Source: an uncultured virus (IMG/VR IMGVR_UViG_3300033463_000102) | Taxonomy: Duplodnaviria; Heunggongvirae; Uroviricota; Caudoviricetes | DNA: 64,000 bases | Virus record (IMG/VR): IMGVR_UViG_3300033463_000102 | Reading direction: 5' to 3' (one strand) | Part shown: positions 1 through 10,762 of the stretch, piece after piece | Layout: every line of letters begins with the position of its first letter | How positions within the stretch are numbered: the first letter of the stretch is position 1 | Notes under the pieces: generated by a model | Database searches by the model: none | Told to the model about the DNA's origin: nothing | What the model saw: only the letters and a program-made list of their open reading frames with translations | Position numbers and translations under genes: made by a program

Positions 1-127
1 CGGAAATGACATTATCTGAGTCAATGATTATTCCTTCGCCTGCTGTATATTCACCAGCAGGGCCAGTGGCACCAGTAGCACCAGCTGGGCCAGTTTCTCC
101 TTGTGGACCCGTAGCACCTGTTGCACC
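1..127. repeat. 127-nt exact direct repeat, copy 1 (copy 2 at 37862-37988)
   Basis: Base-by-base identity up to position 127; diverges at 128 (T) vs 37989 (A); similarity with indels continues to ~660 vs ~38690. Confidence 0.95.
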
Positions 128-1141
128 TGTTTCTCCTGTATCACCCTTCGGGCCAGTAGCACCGACAGGACCTTGCTCGCCTGTGTCACCCTTGGGTCCT
201 TGCGGACCTTCTGGGCCTTGTGGGCCTGTTTCACCCTGTGGACCCGTTGCACCCGTTTGGCCAGTATCGCCAGCAGGGCCAGTAGCACCATTTGCACCTG
301 TTGCCCCAGCTGGGCCAGTTTCTCCTTGAGGTCCTGTCGCTCCTGTAGCACCAGTCGCACCTGTGGCACCGTCACGACCAATCGTGCCGTCTTCACCTTT
401 TGGACCAGTTGCACCCGTGGCACCCATTGGGCCAGTTTCGCCTTGAATGCCTTGTTCACCTTGCGGGCCAGTGTCTCCCTTGGGTCCAGTAGCTCCTGTC
501 GGTCCAGTTGCACCCTGAGGGCCAGTAGCACCCGTTGCACCTGTCTCACCAGTAGGAATGGAATCGGAATCTACTGAAATGACAACCTTCAATTCTCCAT
601 CGGAATCAATTACCATGTTGATTCCGTCACCAGCGACGAACGGAATCGTGAAAGGAACTTCACCCTGAGGGCCTGTGTCTCCCTTGGGACCTGTCTCACC
701 CTGTGGGCCTGTATCACCTTTTGGACCAGGTTCACCTTGCGGGCCAGTATCGCCCTTTGGACCCGTTGAACCCTGAGGACCAGCAGGCATCGAATCCGAA
801 TCAACGGAGATGATACCGTCGCTGTCAATCTTGATACCGTCACCAGCTTGCAACGCTTCGGGAATAACTGAGGGGTCAACGGATATTTCGTCATCTCTGT
901 CGATAACGATGCCCCAACCAGCGCTGTAATCCTTTCCGTCGGCAGAAATATGTCCGTCGGAATCCAGCTGAATCCCCTCTCCAGGAATTAACTTGTCCTG
1001 CTTTCCTTCGAGAGCCTCGCCTACACTCAGGTCGAACTTGTTCGGCTCGTATTCTTGCACCTGCACAGTTCCGTCGGAGCTGACGATGTCAACATCCCAG
1101 CCCGCATAGAGTACGTGATTGTCCTTCTTAATCAAGGCCAT
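1..1141 (-). CDS. Collagen-like tail fibre protein (5' part; continues in frame at 37861-36987 if genome A is circular)
   Basis: Not in the ORF track because it runs off the window; ATG at 1141 gives [17 protein letters not shown]..., AGxGIxIDSD linkers and Gly-X-Y repeats ([12 protein letters not shown]). Confidence 0.85.
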   Translation of the reverse strand, partial: MALIKKDNHVLYAGWDVDIVSSDGTVQVQEYEPNKFDLSVGEALEGKQDKLIPGEGIQLDSDGHISADGKDYSAGWGIVIDRDDEISVDPSVIPEALQAGDGIKIDSDGIISVDSDSMPAGPQGSTGPKGDTGPQGEPGPKGDTGPQGETGPKGDTGPQGEVPFTIPFVAGDGINMVIDSDGELKVVISVDSDSIPTGETGATGATGPQGATGPTGATGPKGDTGPQGEQGIQGETGPMGATGATGPKGEDGTIGRDGATGATGATGATGPQGETGPAGATGANGATGPAGDTGQTGATGPQGETGPQGPEGPQGPKGDTGEQGPVGATGPKGDTGETGATGATGPQGETGPAGATGATGPAGEYTAGEGIIIDSDNVIS

Positions 1142-1142
1142 C

Positions 1143-1457
1143 CTAGTGCCCTCCATTCTTAATCTTGTTGTCCACCAGAAGTTCCACCAGCGTCTTCACT
1201 TCCGTAATCGTGCTGTTCATGGTCGTCAACTGTTGCCTGAAATCATCATTCAGTATGTTCTGGTGGTTCATATCCTCTTTCATCCTGTTCAATTCCCAAG
1301 AAAGCTTCTGAATCATGTCGTCACGTTCTTTCTTGGTATCCTCCCTGTCCTTCTTGACACTCTGCACTTCCGCATGGCCTTTCAACCATGCAGCGAGAGC
1401 TGCAAGCAATCCGATGATATAGGGAAGCAACTTTCCGATTACTACGGCTGCCGTCAT
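1143..1457 (-). CDS. Small membrane protein, N-terminal TM plus coiled coil (holin- or spanin-like)
   Basis: Hydrophobic N-terminus [21 protein letters not shown] followed by a heptad-rich segment. Confidence 0.55.
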   Translation of the reverse strand: MTAAVVIGKLLPYIIGLLAALAAWLKGHAEVQSVKKDREDTKKERDDMIQKLSWELNRMKEDMNHQNILNDDFRQQLTTMNSTITEVKTLVELLVDNKIKNGGH

Positions 1458-3535
1458 CTTATTTCCTCCGCCAAGAATGTTATGTCAGTTGAACCAATGC
1501 CAGACATAGTGAACCTTACGGAACGACCAGGACTTGCCGAGTAGGCAACCTCGACGATGTATGTCCACTGAACACCCGTCTGCAAGAGGTACTGCGGAAC
1601 ACTGCCGACGAACGTGAAATCAGATGAGTTAAGCGTCACAGTCGAGAAATCGGTAGTTCCGTTGTCTGGTGCAGAAGCGCTCGTGGAATTATGGTAGAGC
1701 CTAGTGAATACCTTGTAGCTTCCAGTCCATCCACCAGTTCCAATCTTTACACCGACCTGCATCGTGCCGCCATGTGTTCCCTTCTGGGCAAGCACGAAGC
1801 TAGTCGTTTGGTCTACCTGATTCCACGCATCCGTCGTGATTACACCACCGTGTTCTGCGAATGTCGTGACTGGTGAGGTAGAGCTGTACATTGTCCAGTT
1901 GTCGTCGCTGTCTACTTCACAGAAGTTCTCACTGTTCCAGCCAAGAGTCAACTTACTTTCGAAGACTATACGTTCGTCGAAATCGTGAATCATCACATAA
2001 TACTGAGTGCCACGCCTTGTCACGACATACTTTCCTTGGGCAATGGCACTCTTGATGTCATTGAACAAGGTGCTGTCGTAGGCGGCAATGAAGATTTTGC
2101 CAGACAGCTCGTCTGGGGCATAGGTGCTCCACTCGTCTTCGCTGTTCAGCCTGTATATCTTCTTCTGCCCGCCGTTGCCCAACGCAAAGAAGTAATACTC
2201 GTTCACGTCAGGGTAGACAAAGTAACCGCCATACTGTGCGCCTAGGATTTCCTCTGGACTTTCCTCACGCCTCATGCTGACTATCTTCCCAAAGCTAAGT
2301 GCATTCTCTACTTCCGCATAGGTCGTCGTTCCGTACTCGGCAATGAACAAGTTGCTGTCACCGTCTTCCGCAGAAATTACATTGTCTGAATCTATCGTAA
2401 TATTACGGCCCGCTGTAAGCTTCTTCTGGAAGATACGGTCGGCATCATACTGCGAATAGAACACGTCGTCCTTATCTACAGTGCGTGTCCATGCTATTTC
2501 ACCTTCTGGGCTGTTCGTCAACTGCGGTGTGAACGAGACGATACCAGCGTCGCTGGCGCCTTCCCAGTCAAGCCAGAACTGGTTCTGTGAGAAATTGCGG
2601 AGTTTGAGGTATCCGATAATCCTATTTCCAGTCTCACGGATTTCAAGCTTCTCGATGAAGCCGTTGCCAGTCGCCATGTACGGACTTGCAGCTACAACGT
2701 ATGGCCATGCGACAGTATAGTTTGTTCCAACTGCCCTGATGAGCGTGACCGAGAACGTCACGAAGTCGCCACCGTAGTGCGATGCCGTGAACACTGTCTG
2801 GCCCCTGCCGTAAATGTACTGCCAGGTAAAGTCAAAGACCTTGCAGTAGGTGTAGGAAATGTTGTTCGTTGCGATGAGCTTGTGGCCCGTCTTGGAGATG
2901 ACATCGCCGTTCACGTTGATGCCGTAGCCACCACGATACTTGCCAGAAATTACTCCGTCGGAGTTGATGTCGATAGTCTGCGAACCAGAATACTCAGAGT
3001 TCACGGTGTACGTATTGCTGTCGCTGTCGAAGTCAACGGAAGTATGTTCACCTGCTGACACATGCGTTTCATTACCTATGAGGTCTGGGTTCACACTGAT
3101 GATGACGGCTCCATCGCTGTCATACATGTGGATGGTCTCTTCGTCGCCACGGATTGGCTTCAAGTTGTGAAGGCTGATTTCCCTAGCATCTTGGTCGATG
3201 TTGATGTATTCGTCACCAGGGTAGTAATAGCTGGTGCCACTTCCACCACCGCCCTTTCCAGGCGCCACAGGGTAGATGCTGAACTGCAGCATGCCGCCAG
3301 AGCTGTATGCCTTCAAAGTGTAAAGCTTGGTGTCGTCCACGAACACGCCAAGGGCACGGCCAGCCGAGTCTATTGGAATGTTCCTAGGGTTCATCACCGT
3401 TCCTTCGGGGTCGCTGTAAGTGGCAGCTGGTTCCTGTGACTCGCCTACGAAAACATTAAGAAAGCCTCCCGCAAGGGGTATTCCATTGCGGGAAACAAAC
3501 TGCTTCACGGGGTCAAAAAGATATGCTACTGACAT
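1454..3535 (-). CDS. Tail fibre / receptor-binding protein with N-terminal virion-anchor domain
   Basis: N-terminus YLFDPVKQFVSRNGIPLAGG..NPRNIPIDSAG resembles podophage head-binding domains and the N-terminus of the 39674 ORF; DSD fibre repeats. Confidence 0.75.
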   Translation of the reverse strand: MSVAYLFDPVKQFVSRNGIPLAGGFLNVFVGESQEPAATYSDPEGTVMNPRNIPIDSAGRALGVFVDDTKLYTLKAYSSGGMLQFSIYPVAPGKGGGGSGTSYYYPGDEYINIDQDAREISLHNLKPIRGDEETIHMYDSDGAVIISVNPDLIGNETHVSAGEHTSVDFDSDSNTYTVNSEYSGSQTIDINSDGVISGKYRGGYGINVNGDVISKTGHKLIATNNISYTYCKVFDFTWQYIYGRGQTVFTASHYGGDFVTFSVTLIRAVGTNYTVAWPYVVAASPYMATGNGFIEKLEIRETGNRIIGYLKLRNFSQNQFWLDWEGASDAGIVSFTPQLTNSPEGEIAWTRTVDKDDVFYSQYDADRIFQKKLTAGRNITIDSDNVISAEDGDSNLFIAEYGTTTYAEVENALSFGKIVSMRREESPEEILGAQYGGYFVYPDVNEYYFFALGNGGQKKIYRLNSEDEWSTYAPDELSGKIFIAAYDSTLFNDIKSAIAQGKYVVTRRGTQYYVMIHDFDERIVFESKLTLGWNSENFCEVDSDDNWTMYSSTSPVTTFAEHGGVITTDAWNQVDQTTSFVLAQKGTHGGTMQVGVKIGTGGWTGSYKVFTRLYHNSTSASAPDNGTTDFSTVTLNSSDFTFVGSVPQYLLQTGVQWTYIVEVAYSASPGRSVRFTMSGIGSTDITFLAEEIR

Positions 3536-3549
3536 TGTTTACCTCGTCA

Positions 3550-3560
3550 TAAAAATATGC
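3550..3560 (-). promoter_or_regulatory. Genome A late promoter motif GCATATTTTTA
   Basis: Identical copies at 7723-7733 and 15424-15434; sits between a stop codon and the next RBS. Confidence 0.7.
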
Positions 3561-5932
3561 TAGATGACCTTGGCAACTACACCTTGGTTCCTGTCACCGT
3601 CGCCCTGCTGGACGATGCGGATGTAGTCACCGAACGTGCAAATTGCCAACAGGAAGAAGTCGCCATCGTTTACCAGTTCGTCATGGGCCCTAGGATAGCT
3701 GAACCAGGTCGTCTGGACGAACATGGAGTACGTGACGGAGTTGTACGGGCTGTTGACCCAAGAGTAATACTTCATCATCGTATTAGGTCCACCAATCGGG
3801 CCTATGTTCCACCAGATAGAGGAAGTCGGGTTCATCATGCAACGCTTGTACGAACCAGAATACTTGTAAATCGTACTGTCGTTGTATGATTCCGTCGTGT
3901 AGTTCCTGTTGTCGCTCACGGACACGCCACGCATGTTGTCAGACGGGCACTTGCCCAAGTTGCCTTCATAGGTGATGCTGTGGACGCCTTGGGCCATCTT
4001 GATGAAGGTCCTGTTGTAGTACTGGCCACCACGCTTCTGCCAATAACGCATGCGCAAGCCCTCGTCGTTGCCTAGGAACACGTTGTTAATGATTGTCCAG
4101 CGAAGGATGATGTCATACACATCTTCCTGCCACCAGCCGTCAATCTCGTCAATCCTAGTGAACTCAATAGGGTTCGTGTTGCGGATGATGTTGTTCTCAA
4201 GGTCGATGGAGAAGTAGTAGTTGTCCCCTTCCTTGTAAGGGTACATCTTGATGGTGTTGTTCGTCAAGGTGCTGTCCCAGATGGAAAGGTTCTTCAACGT
4301 GAACGAGTTGTTCTCGCCGAAGCGAACCTTGGTGAACCTGACCACGCTGTGGTTGCTCGTGTTGTCCGTGACATAGTTCAGGCTGGCATTGAAGTAGCCG
4401 CCATCGCAAATGACTTGGCCCTTGCACGTCCAAGTTGAGCCACCGTCAACCTCGCAGTTCGTGAGCCACAGTGCGTAGAATGTAGGGGCAGAGTTGAAGC
4501 TAATCTTGCTGTTCTCGCAAATGAAGTAGTTGCTTACGCTTGCTACAACTGAACCAAGCTCGCTGTTCTTTATTGTCCAAGAAGCGCACGTTACATAGGT
4601 GGTGTTCGCCTTGACGTTCCTGATTTCGATTCCGCCACCTTGCTGGTTATAGCTGAACGAATTGCAGTCCACGTTAAGAACGTCGGTGAATCCGTTAGCA
4701 GAAAGGCTGGCAATGTATCTTCCAGAAAGGTCGCACTTGGTCTGGCCATCAGCCTTGATGGCGTTCACGTATGCAGTCGTGTTCTGGAAGTTAGACAAGA
4801 GAAGCCTGTCGAGAGAAGAACTCCTTGCATGAACCTTGTTGACCCAGTCGATGTTGGCTGGGCTAAGCCACCACTTGTCATGGATTTCCGTGTACGAGAA
4901 ATACACAACGTCAGTATCGTTGAAGAAGCCGCTTCCCTGCAAGTCACATCGGCTGAAATTGATTCTGGCGTTACCGCTGTAAGTAACAGGGAGCCTTCCG
5001 TGGAATTCAATCTCGACATTCGTGAGTGTCACCTGACTTGTCAGGGACGTATTGGTGAAGTAGTTCGTCGCATCCACGACATAGCGCTGGGCATTGCAGG
5101 TAAGGAATGCGAAGACAGTTCTGAACCAGGAGCTATGCACTTCCTTCTGTACGCCATTGAAACTGAAATTGGCAACGTAGTTATCGTTGCTCGGGATGAT
5201 TGCCGTATTGCAGACAAACTCTCCAGTGATGAACTGGGCGCCCTCGTCAAAGTATAGAGACTTGGACGTGTAGTAGGTCTGGTCCGTCTGGTATTGCCCA
5301 GGGATGAAACGGCAAATCCTTGCCGTCGCAATGGCCTTCGTGCTGACAGTATTCGGGAAGTTAAGGAACGGGCTGATGTTCTCCTCATGCTGACCAGGCA
5401 TTACACCGTAGACAGTACAAGGAAGAATCTCGTCTTCCCAAATGAGAATCCATCGGCCAGTGTCACTCACTTCGCTGCCTATGACATAACCGCCGTCAAT
5501 CGTGTTGGTACTGTTTGCGTCCCAGAAGTACATACGGACAGGCGCATCGCCACGCTCGTAGTATCCCACGACAGTCACGGTGCCCATGTTCGGGTCAACG
5601 TTTCTCAGTTCCTCGATAGTGTCAACCTGCGTGTCCGTAGTTCCGTTCTTGCCAACGTCAAGGCCGTCCTCGAACGTGTCGAGGAGTTCAAAGGTTCCGT
5701 CTCCGTTGTTCTTTTCCACCTTTACATCGATGATGCCGCTGTCATAGAAAACAGTGTCGATACGCCCGTCGTTCGTCGTGAGCATCGGGTTTGCGGCAGG
5801 AGAGTATTCCTCACCTGCAAGGGAATAGACAGTGAGCGGCGTCTGGCTGTCGTGGGCGTACAAAGTGATACGCCCAGCGTTCAGCGGGTTGCCGTCGTCA
5901 TCAAGAAATCTACGTTGAAATGCTAGTTTCAT
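3560..5932 (-). CDS. Tailspike-like protein (anchor domain plus beta-helix-like body)
   Basis: FLDDDGNPLNAG..NPMLTTNDG anchor; GYY..GD..YFWD..DGG..GRW motif typical of tailspikes; homologous to 45262-47739. Confidence 0.75.
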   Translation of the reverse strand: MKLAFQRRFLDDDGNPLNAGRITLYAHDSQTPLTVYSLAGEEYSPAANPMLTTNDGRIDTVFYDSGIIDVKVEKNNGDGTFELLDTFEDGLDVGKNGTTDTQVDTIEELRNVDPNMGTVTVVGYYERGDAPVRMYFWDANSTNTIDGGYVIGSEVSDTGRWILIWEDEILPCTVYGVMPGQHEENISPFLNFPNTVSTKAIATARICRFIPGQYQTDQTYYTSKSLYFDEGAQFITGEFVCNTAIIPSNDNYVANFSFNGVQKEVHSSWFRTVFAFLTCNAQRYVVDATNYFTNTSLTSQVTLTNVEIEFHGRLPVTYSGNARINFSRCDLQGSGFFNDTDVVYFSYTEIHDKWWLSPANIDWVNKVHARSSSLDRLLLSNFQNTTAYVNAIKADGQTKCDLSGRYIASLSANGFTDVLNVDCNSFSYNQQGGGIEIRNVKANTTYVTCASWTIKNSELGSVVASVSNYFICENSKISFNSAPTFYALWLTNCEVDGGSTWTCKGQVICDGGYFNASLNYVTDNTSNHSVVRFTKVRFGENNSFTLKNLSIWDSTLTNNTIKMYPYKEGDNYYFSIDLENNIIRNTNPIEFTRIDEIDGWWQEDVYDIILRWTIINNVFLGNDEGLRMRYWQKRGGQYYNRTFIKMAQGVHSITYEGNLGKCPSDNMRGVSVSDNRNYTTESYNDSTIYKYSGSYKRCMMNPTSSIWWNIGPIGGPNTMMKYYSWVNSPYNSVTYSMFVQTTWFSYPRAHDELVNDGDFFLLAICTFGDYIRIVQQGDGDRNQGVVAKVI

Positions 5933-7709
5933 CCTTTACCTCAACCTTTGGAGTCATTGACTGAACGATTGTTGCCGCTGCCTTGGCCTTCTCGGCCTGT
6001 GCCTTGGTCTTGGCCGCATCGAGTTCAACCGCCTGCTTCTCAATATCCATCTGCTGCTTCTCCAAGTCCATTGCGGCCTTGGCTGCCTCGGTGTTGCCGT
6101 CGAGTTCCTTCTGGAAGGCCATTTCCTGCAGCTTCTGCTCATGGCTGAGCTTCATCTTCAAGATTTCACCCTGAATGGTCATCTGGGTGCTGCGTTCGCT
6201 GGACTCGTAAGACTTCACCTGCTGTTGCAGCTGTTCAAGTTCCTTGTTCTTCTGGTCAAGGGCCTGCTTCATCTGCTCGATGGTCTGCATTGCCTGCGGG
6301 TCTTGCTGAGGCTGTGCATGGAGTGCACCATAGACCTGACGGAGAACAGCATTGTCGCTGTTGGATAGCAGCATGCCGTCAAGTACAGCCTGCAACTTAA
6401 TCGGGTCGCTCTGGACGCTCGGGAGAAGTCCCGTTAGCATCTGCAATGCAACCTGACGTTCCATCTGCGATTCTGGGCCCTCGATGATGTCAACGCATAC
6501 GTCCTGTACGCCAAGCATGCCGAGCACGGCTTCCGCAAGCGCCTTGTACGTCGTCTTCATGTTTTCGTAGAAGTGCCTGATGTTCGTGGATTCCGTTTGC
6601 TTGTCAAGCATTGCCTGCGTGGCAGTCATTTCCAAGTTTGCGTCAACCATTCCCTTGGCATCTACGCCAGTGATGGAATGCATGAAATCCAAGTTGCTGC
6701 TGATGATGCCAGTGAGGTCCCCGAACTCTACCGTGTTCTGGATATACGTAGGCGGTTTCAGTTCCGTCTTGCCGTCATCGGCCAGCCTGTTGTAAAGCGC
6801 AAGCGGGTTCCTTGTCTTGCCGAAGTTGCGGTAGCCAGCTTCAAGGCCTTCCATCGCATCCACGGTGCCCATGATGACGGGCTTGGGAGCCACGGCCAGC
6901 CTTTCGCCCAACTGCGAGTAAGCCATGTTTATCAGCTTCTGCACAGGGGTGGCCTTCCTTACAATGCCACGATAGCACGTCTTTTCGCCAACCCAAATCT
7001 TCTCGCCATACACTGGGAACAACGGAATGCGGTCGATTTCCAGAATAGCTGGCTCGGCCACCTGCCTGTCGCCAAGTAGACGGTAGACTGTGCAATGGCC
7101 GTCCTCACGAACGTAATAGGTGACGAAGGGCATGCCCTCGCCACAGCCATGACATGTCACGAGCGGGTCGTCTTCGGTGTCGATTTCGGGGTAGTTGTGC
7201 CTTACCCAGTTCTTGCTCTTGATTTCGACGATGGCGCCTTCGTATGCGTCACCGCCGTCACATGCTGTCGAGTCTGGGTCAAGGTATACCTTTGTGATGT
7301 CTTCGGGCGCATAGATGCACGGCACGATTTCGCCTTCCACCTCTTCGGTGCTCAGTGCGAAAATGCCGAGGCCGTATGCGACCACGCTTTCGAGAACATC
7401 CACGGCAGCCCTTGAATTGTCACGGGTGGCCAGGAAGGAGTCTGAAAGCTGGTCGATTTCTGCGTCGCCAGTGTACCACTGGAATGGCGCCTTGATGTAC
7501 TGGTTGCGTATTGCGTTGATGCTGACGCTAGTCACGTCCACGGTTCTCGGGACGATGGCGGTGCCAATCATGGCCTTGTCGTCATCGTTCCACTGTTCGC
7601 CAGAAAGGAACTCACGGTCTTCACGGATGTGTTGCACCTGAGTATCCCTTGCCTGCGAACAGCGTGTCTCGAAAGCGTTCCAGCGGTCAATAATTTCAAG
7701 TTCGTTCAT
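5910..7709 (-). CDS. Portal protein (P22-like)
   Basis: EDREFLSGEQW, VYLDP, IPLFPVYG, QKLIN motifs; C-terminal coiled-coil barrel; homologous to 43337-45235. Confidence 0.85.
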   Translation of the reverse strand: MNELEIIDRWNAFETRCSQARDTQVQHIREDREFLSGEQWNDDDKAMIGTAIVPRTVDVTSVSINAIRNQYIKAPFQWYTGDAEIDQLSDSFLATRDNSRAAVDVLESVVAYGLGIFALSTEEVEGEIVPCIYAPEDITKVYLDPDSTACDGGDAYEGAIVEIKSKNWVRHNYPEIDTEDDPLVTCHGCGEGMPFVTYYVREDGHCTVYRLLGDRQVAEPAILEIDRIPLFPVYGEKIWVGEKTCYRGIVRKATPVQKLINMAYSQLGERLAVAPKPVIMGTVDAMEGLEAGYRNFGKTRNPLALYNRLADDGKTELKPPTYIQNTVEFGDLTGIISSNLDFMHSITGVDAKGMVDANLEMTATQAMLDKQTESTNIRHFYENMKTTYKALAEAVLGMLGVQDVCVDIIEGPESQMERQVALQMLTGLLPSVQSDPIKLQAVLDGMLLSNSDNAVLRQVYGALHAQPQQDPQAMQTIEQMKQALDQKNKELEQLQQQVKSYESSERSTQMTIQGEILKMKLSHEQKLQEMAFQKELDGNTEAAKAAMDLEKQQMDIEKQAVELDAAKTKAQAEKAKAAATIVQSMTPKVEVKDETSIST

Positions 7710-7722
7710 TATAAACCTCGCT

Positions 7723-7733
7723 TAAAAATATGC
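7723..7733 (-). promoter_or_regulatory. Genome A late promoter motif GCATATTTTTA upstream of portal
   Basis: Exact motif copy directly after the upstream stop codon. Confidence 0.7.
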
Positions 7734-9374
7734 TCACTTGGCCTGTTTCTTGGCCTTCTCGTAGGCGTCGTCGAAGGCTTCCTGTTGCTTCTTGGAAAGC
7801 GACTTGTACCACTTTGTATCCTTGTAGTCGTCACCGCCAGTCACGTTGATGCGACCGCCAGACAACGGCCCGAACGGGTTTACCTTTAATACAGGCTCGA
7901 TACGGCCACCAATTTCTCCAAGGATATCACCAGTCCTAAGACCAGCCTTGTACCACTTGTCGTTGCCGTATGCCTCGGCCATCTTTGACGGGAACGCCTG
8001 TTCAAGCTTAGTGAGGGCATCGCCTTCCCTTAGCTCGCCATTGATAAGCTCCTTTCCGACTGGAAGTTGCCTTGCTGCATTGTACCTGTCACGGTTTATG
8101 AAAAGGTTTGAGAGGTCGTCATAATCTTTGAGAATCCTTTCCTTTTTTACCAGGTCGTTCAAGATACGCCTTGCCTTCTCAGTTCCATACAGTGCTTCAA
8201 GCTGCGGAAGAGCCTTTTCTGCAAGCCTTGCATTAGCTATTTCTGGCAAAGTGTAAGTAGCCGCCTGTGGGCCGCTAAGAATTTGTATTGCCTGCTGGTC
8301 TGCAAGGTTGCCCTCGGTCAACGGCTCTGCTTTTCCCTTCAATGTAGGTCTATTAGGGATTTTAGTTCCCCTCTGCCTACCAAGAAGCATATCAAGTGCA
8401 TTTTCGAACTCTTCACGTTCCATGTATGTCGGGTTGCCACGCCTTGTTGCTCCAGATACGCCACGAGCGAACCTAGTCATTGTCCTTGTAGGCACCTGCT
8501 GTGACAATGCAGCCGCTGTTCCAATCATTCCAGGCCTTGTTGCACCCATCGTAGTTGCCAGTAGAGGCGCCATCAGATTTGGGTCAAGCTCAGCGTCAAG
8601 GAGAGTCTTGCCACCCTGTCTTCCGCCTTCGAGGGCACCTTGCAGCATAGCGCCAGCCACACCACCCCTTACTGGCATTTGTGCCAAGCTGCCAACCTTG
8701 GAAACTGACGGTGCAAAGAACATCGCAGTGTTGATACCAGCATCAAGCGCACCAGCTTTCCACAAGTCGCCTTCGGTTCCACGGCCAGTGCTTATTTGTT
8801 TCCTTGCTTCCTCCATCACGGTGGGCCAAAACAGCTCGCTAAGTATGCCGTTCTCCCTGTTGAACTCTTCGAGAATCTTGCCCCTGTCATAGGCCATCTG
8901 GACATCGCCAACGTCACGCAGGAAGTCATTCTTTCCCTTCTTGGTTGAAACGTCGTATCCAAGCTTCTTTCCTGCATCGAAGAGGTCAACATTGCCCATG
9001 TTGTACCAGTCACGGCCTTCATCGGCAATGCCAAGGATAAGCGGTGCGAGCTTCTGGAAGTCGTCCTGCTTCTTGATGTTGAGAGGATTGTACGTGTCAG
9101 TGTATGCCTTGTTGCCTCCGCTAAGCAAGAAGCTTGCAGCGTCCTCGGCCTTCCAGTTTGAGACAAAGTCTCTCTCAGTGTCCTTCAACTTGCTGAACTT
9201 GAAGTTCTCCTTCAACTTCTTCAAGGCTGTCTTTTTGAGTTCATTACGGATGGCGTCCTTCTTTGTATCGGAGTAGCCGTCCATGTTCATCTTTTCCATA
9301 TGGACCTTGACGGCCTCATCAGCCTTGCGGTGAAGCTCGTCGTCCCAGTCTCCAATAGTCCAAGTCTTAGCCAT
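7734..9374 (-). CDS. Putative internal virion / DNA ejection protein
   Basis: Gly/Ala-rich helical middle; position in the P22-like ejection block; homologous C-terminus with 47739-49343 (RIEPVLKVNP..KWYKSL). Confidence 0.6.
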   Translation of the reverse strand: MAKTWTIGDWDDELHRKADEAVKVHMEKMNMDGYSDTKKDAIRNELKKTALKKLKENFKFSKLKDTERDFVSNWKAEDAASFLLSGGNKAYTDTYNPLNIKKQDDFQKLAPLILGIADEGRDWYNMGNVDLFDAGKKLGYDVSTKKGKNDFLRDVGDVQMAYDRGKILEEFNRENGILSELFWPTVMEEARKQISTGRGTEGDLWKAGALDAGINTAMFFAPSVSKVGSLAQMPVRGGVAGAMLQGALEGGRQGGKTLLDAELDPNLMAPLLATTMGATRPGMIGTAAALSQQVPTRTMTRFARGVSGATRRGNPTYMEREEFENALDMLLGRQRGTKIPNRPTLKGKAEPLTEGNLADQQAIQILSGPQAATYTLPEIANARLAEKALPQLEALYGTEKARRILNDLVKKERILKDYDDLSNLFINRDRYNAARQLPVGKELINGELREGDALTKLEQAFPSKMAEAYGNDKWYKAGLRTGDILGEIGGRIEPVLKVNPFGPLSGGRINVTGGDDYKDTKWYKSLSKKQQEAFDDAYEKAKKQAK

Positions 9375-9376
9375 CG

Positions 9377-10444
9377 TTATTCCTCAATCTTCCACTTGTA
9401 TGCAACCTTGCCGTTCACGATGACTTCCTTGTACTTGCCATCGGAACTGTTCTGAACTGTTGCAGGAATTGACTTGCCATTGACATCAATGGAGTAGCTA
9501 CCAGAAGCATTACCATCCAATGTGGCGGCAGCATTTTTGATTGCATTCCATTGCTTGGTCGCATCGGCAATAGCCTTCTCCTTTGTCACCTGCTTGTAGA
9601 TTTCGTCGAGCAGAGGAACGCCTTCGTCGCCTAGGCTCTTGGCCATCTCGTATGCTTCCTTCTGGTTCTCCTCGCTGTCCCAGTGACCATTGCTGTCACG
9701 GTGCTGCCTGATGAAATCCTTGGTGTCGAACATGGTGACAGTCTTCTTGCTGGCCACGTCGCTCGGCTTTGCCTCGGGCATGCCAGCCTTGCGTGCCTTC
9801 TCGTTGTACTCGGCCAACGCATCTTCGTACATCTGCTTTGCCACAGCCGTCTCCTTGTCGCCACGGGCGTAGGAAAGGTCACGCAATGCGTTGTTAAGCT
9901 TGCTCTTTGCAGTTCTGACGGACGATTCGTTGTCTGCCTGCCTTGCCTTATCCTGTGCCTGCCTGGACTCGACACGGGAACGCCAAACGTTGTACTGGTT
10001 GCTGTCGCCGATGCCTGCACGGTTTGCGGCCACGTTGCGTTCGAGTTCCTCGGATGCCGTGGACTCTTCCTGTTGAAGCTGCTGGTATTCCTGTTTGAGC
10101 TGGGCAATCCTGTCCTCGTTCTCCTTGAACTTTGCCATGAGCTCTTCCTTGCGGGCTTCCCTGTTAGTGTAGTCCATGCCAGTGCCAGTGTTCACCATGC
10201 CTAGGCCAGTCGGGGAACGGAAACCGCCCTGCTGGTTCAATTCTCTTGGCGGGGTGTTCTTTGATACCACACCTGGGGTCACATCGGTGCTCATCTGCAT
10301 GTTCGGCGTATACCCTTGCATGTTAGGCAACGGCCTATATCCGCCCATGTTGGCCTGCTGCCTTTCGGCATACAGGGCTCGCTGCATCTCAGGGCTATTC
10401 TGGTCTGGTTCTCGCCAGTTGAATTTAAAGCTTCTGTCAATCAT
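9377..10444 (-). CDS. Putative ejection protein, coiled coil
   Basis: Position and composition; positional counterpart of 49355-50353. Confidence 0.5.
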   Translation of the reverse strand: MIDRSFKFNWREPDQNSPEMQRALYAERQQANMGGYRPLPNMQGYTPNMQMSTDVTPGVVSKNTPPRELNQQGGFRSPTGLGMVNTGTGMDYTNREARKEELMAKFKENEDRIAQLKQEYQQLQQEESTASEELERNVAANRAGIGDSNQYNVWRSRVESRQAQDKARQADNESSVRTAKSKLNNALRDLSYARGDKETAVAKQMYEDALAEYNEKARKAGMPEAKPSDVASKKTVTMFDTKDFIRQHRDSNGHWDSEENQKEAYEMAKSLGDEGVPLLDEIYKQVTKEKAIADATKQWNAIKNAAATLDGNASGSYSIDVNGKSIPATVQNSSDGKYKEVIVNGKVAYKWKIEE

Positions 10445-10455
10445 CTTGATTCCTC

Positions 10456-10761
10456 TTACTGATTAAAAATACGCCGAGATTTGCACCTTGGGCACGCAGC
10501 CCTCGCCACTCTGGCCAATTGATAAACAAACTTCGCCACGGGTTCCTTGGCGAACGCAGGGACGCAAGGCAACACGCCTGGGTAGTCCCTGATAACCATT
10601 TCCACGGCACGGTCGCCATAGTGAACCTTGCCCTTGTCGTCGCAATACACAGGCACCTCGCTGGCGCCTTCCATTGCCACGCAATTGACGCCGTGTGCCG
10701 ACAGCCATGAGGCCATCAGCTTGCACACGTCGCACTTGTCGTCATAACGTAACATCGACAT
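10456..10761 (-). CDS. DCC/DUF393-like thiol-disulfide oxidoreductase
   Basis: N-terminal YDDKCDVC (DxxCxxC) motif; DDKGKVHYGDRAV segment; extra C-terminal CPRC. Confidence 0.6.
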   Translation of the reverse strand: MSMLRYDDKCDVCKLMASWLSAHGVNCVAMEGASEVPVYCDDKGKVHYGDRAVEMVIRDYPGVLPCVPAFAKEPVAKFVYQLARVARAACPRCKSRRIFNQ

Positions 10762-10762
10762 A

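Noticed and set aside
6..894. Pro/Val- or Thr/Cys-rich ORFs over collagen tracts (also 34086-34984 and 37889-38890)
   Set aside because: Alternative-frame shadows of Gly-X-Y codon repeats
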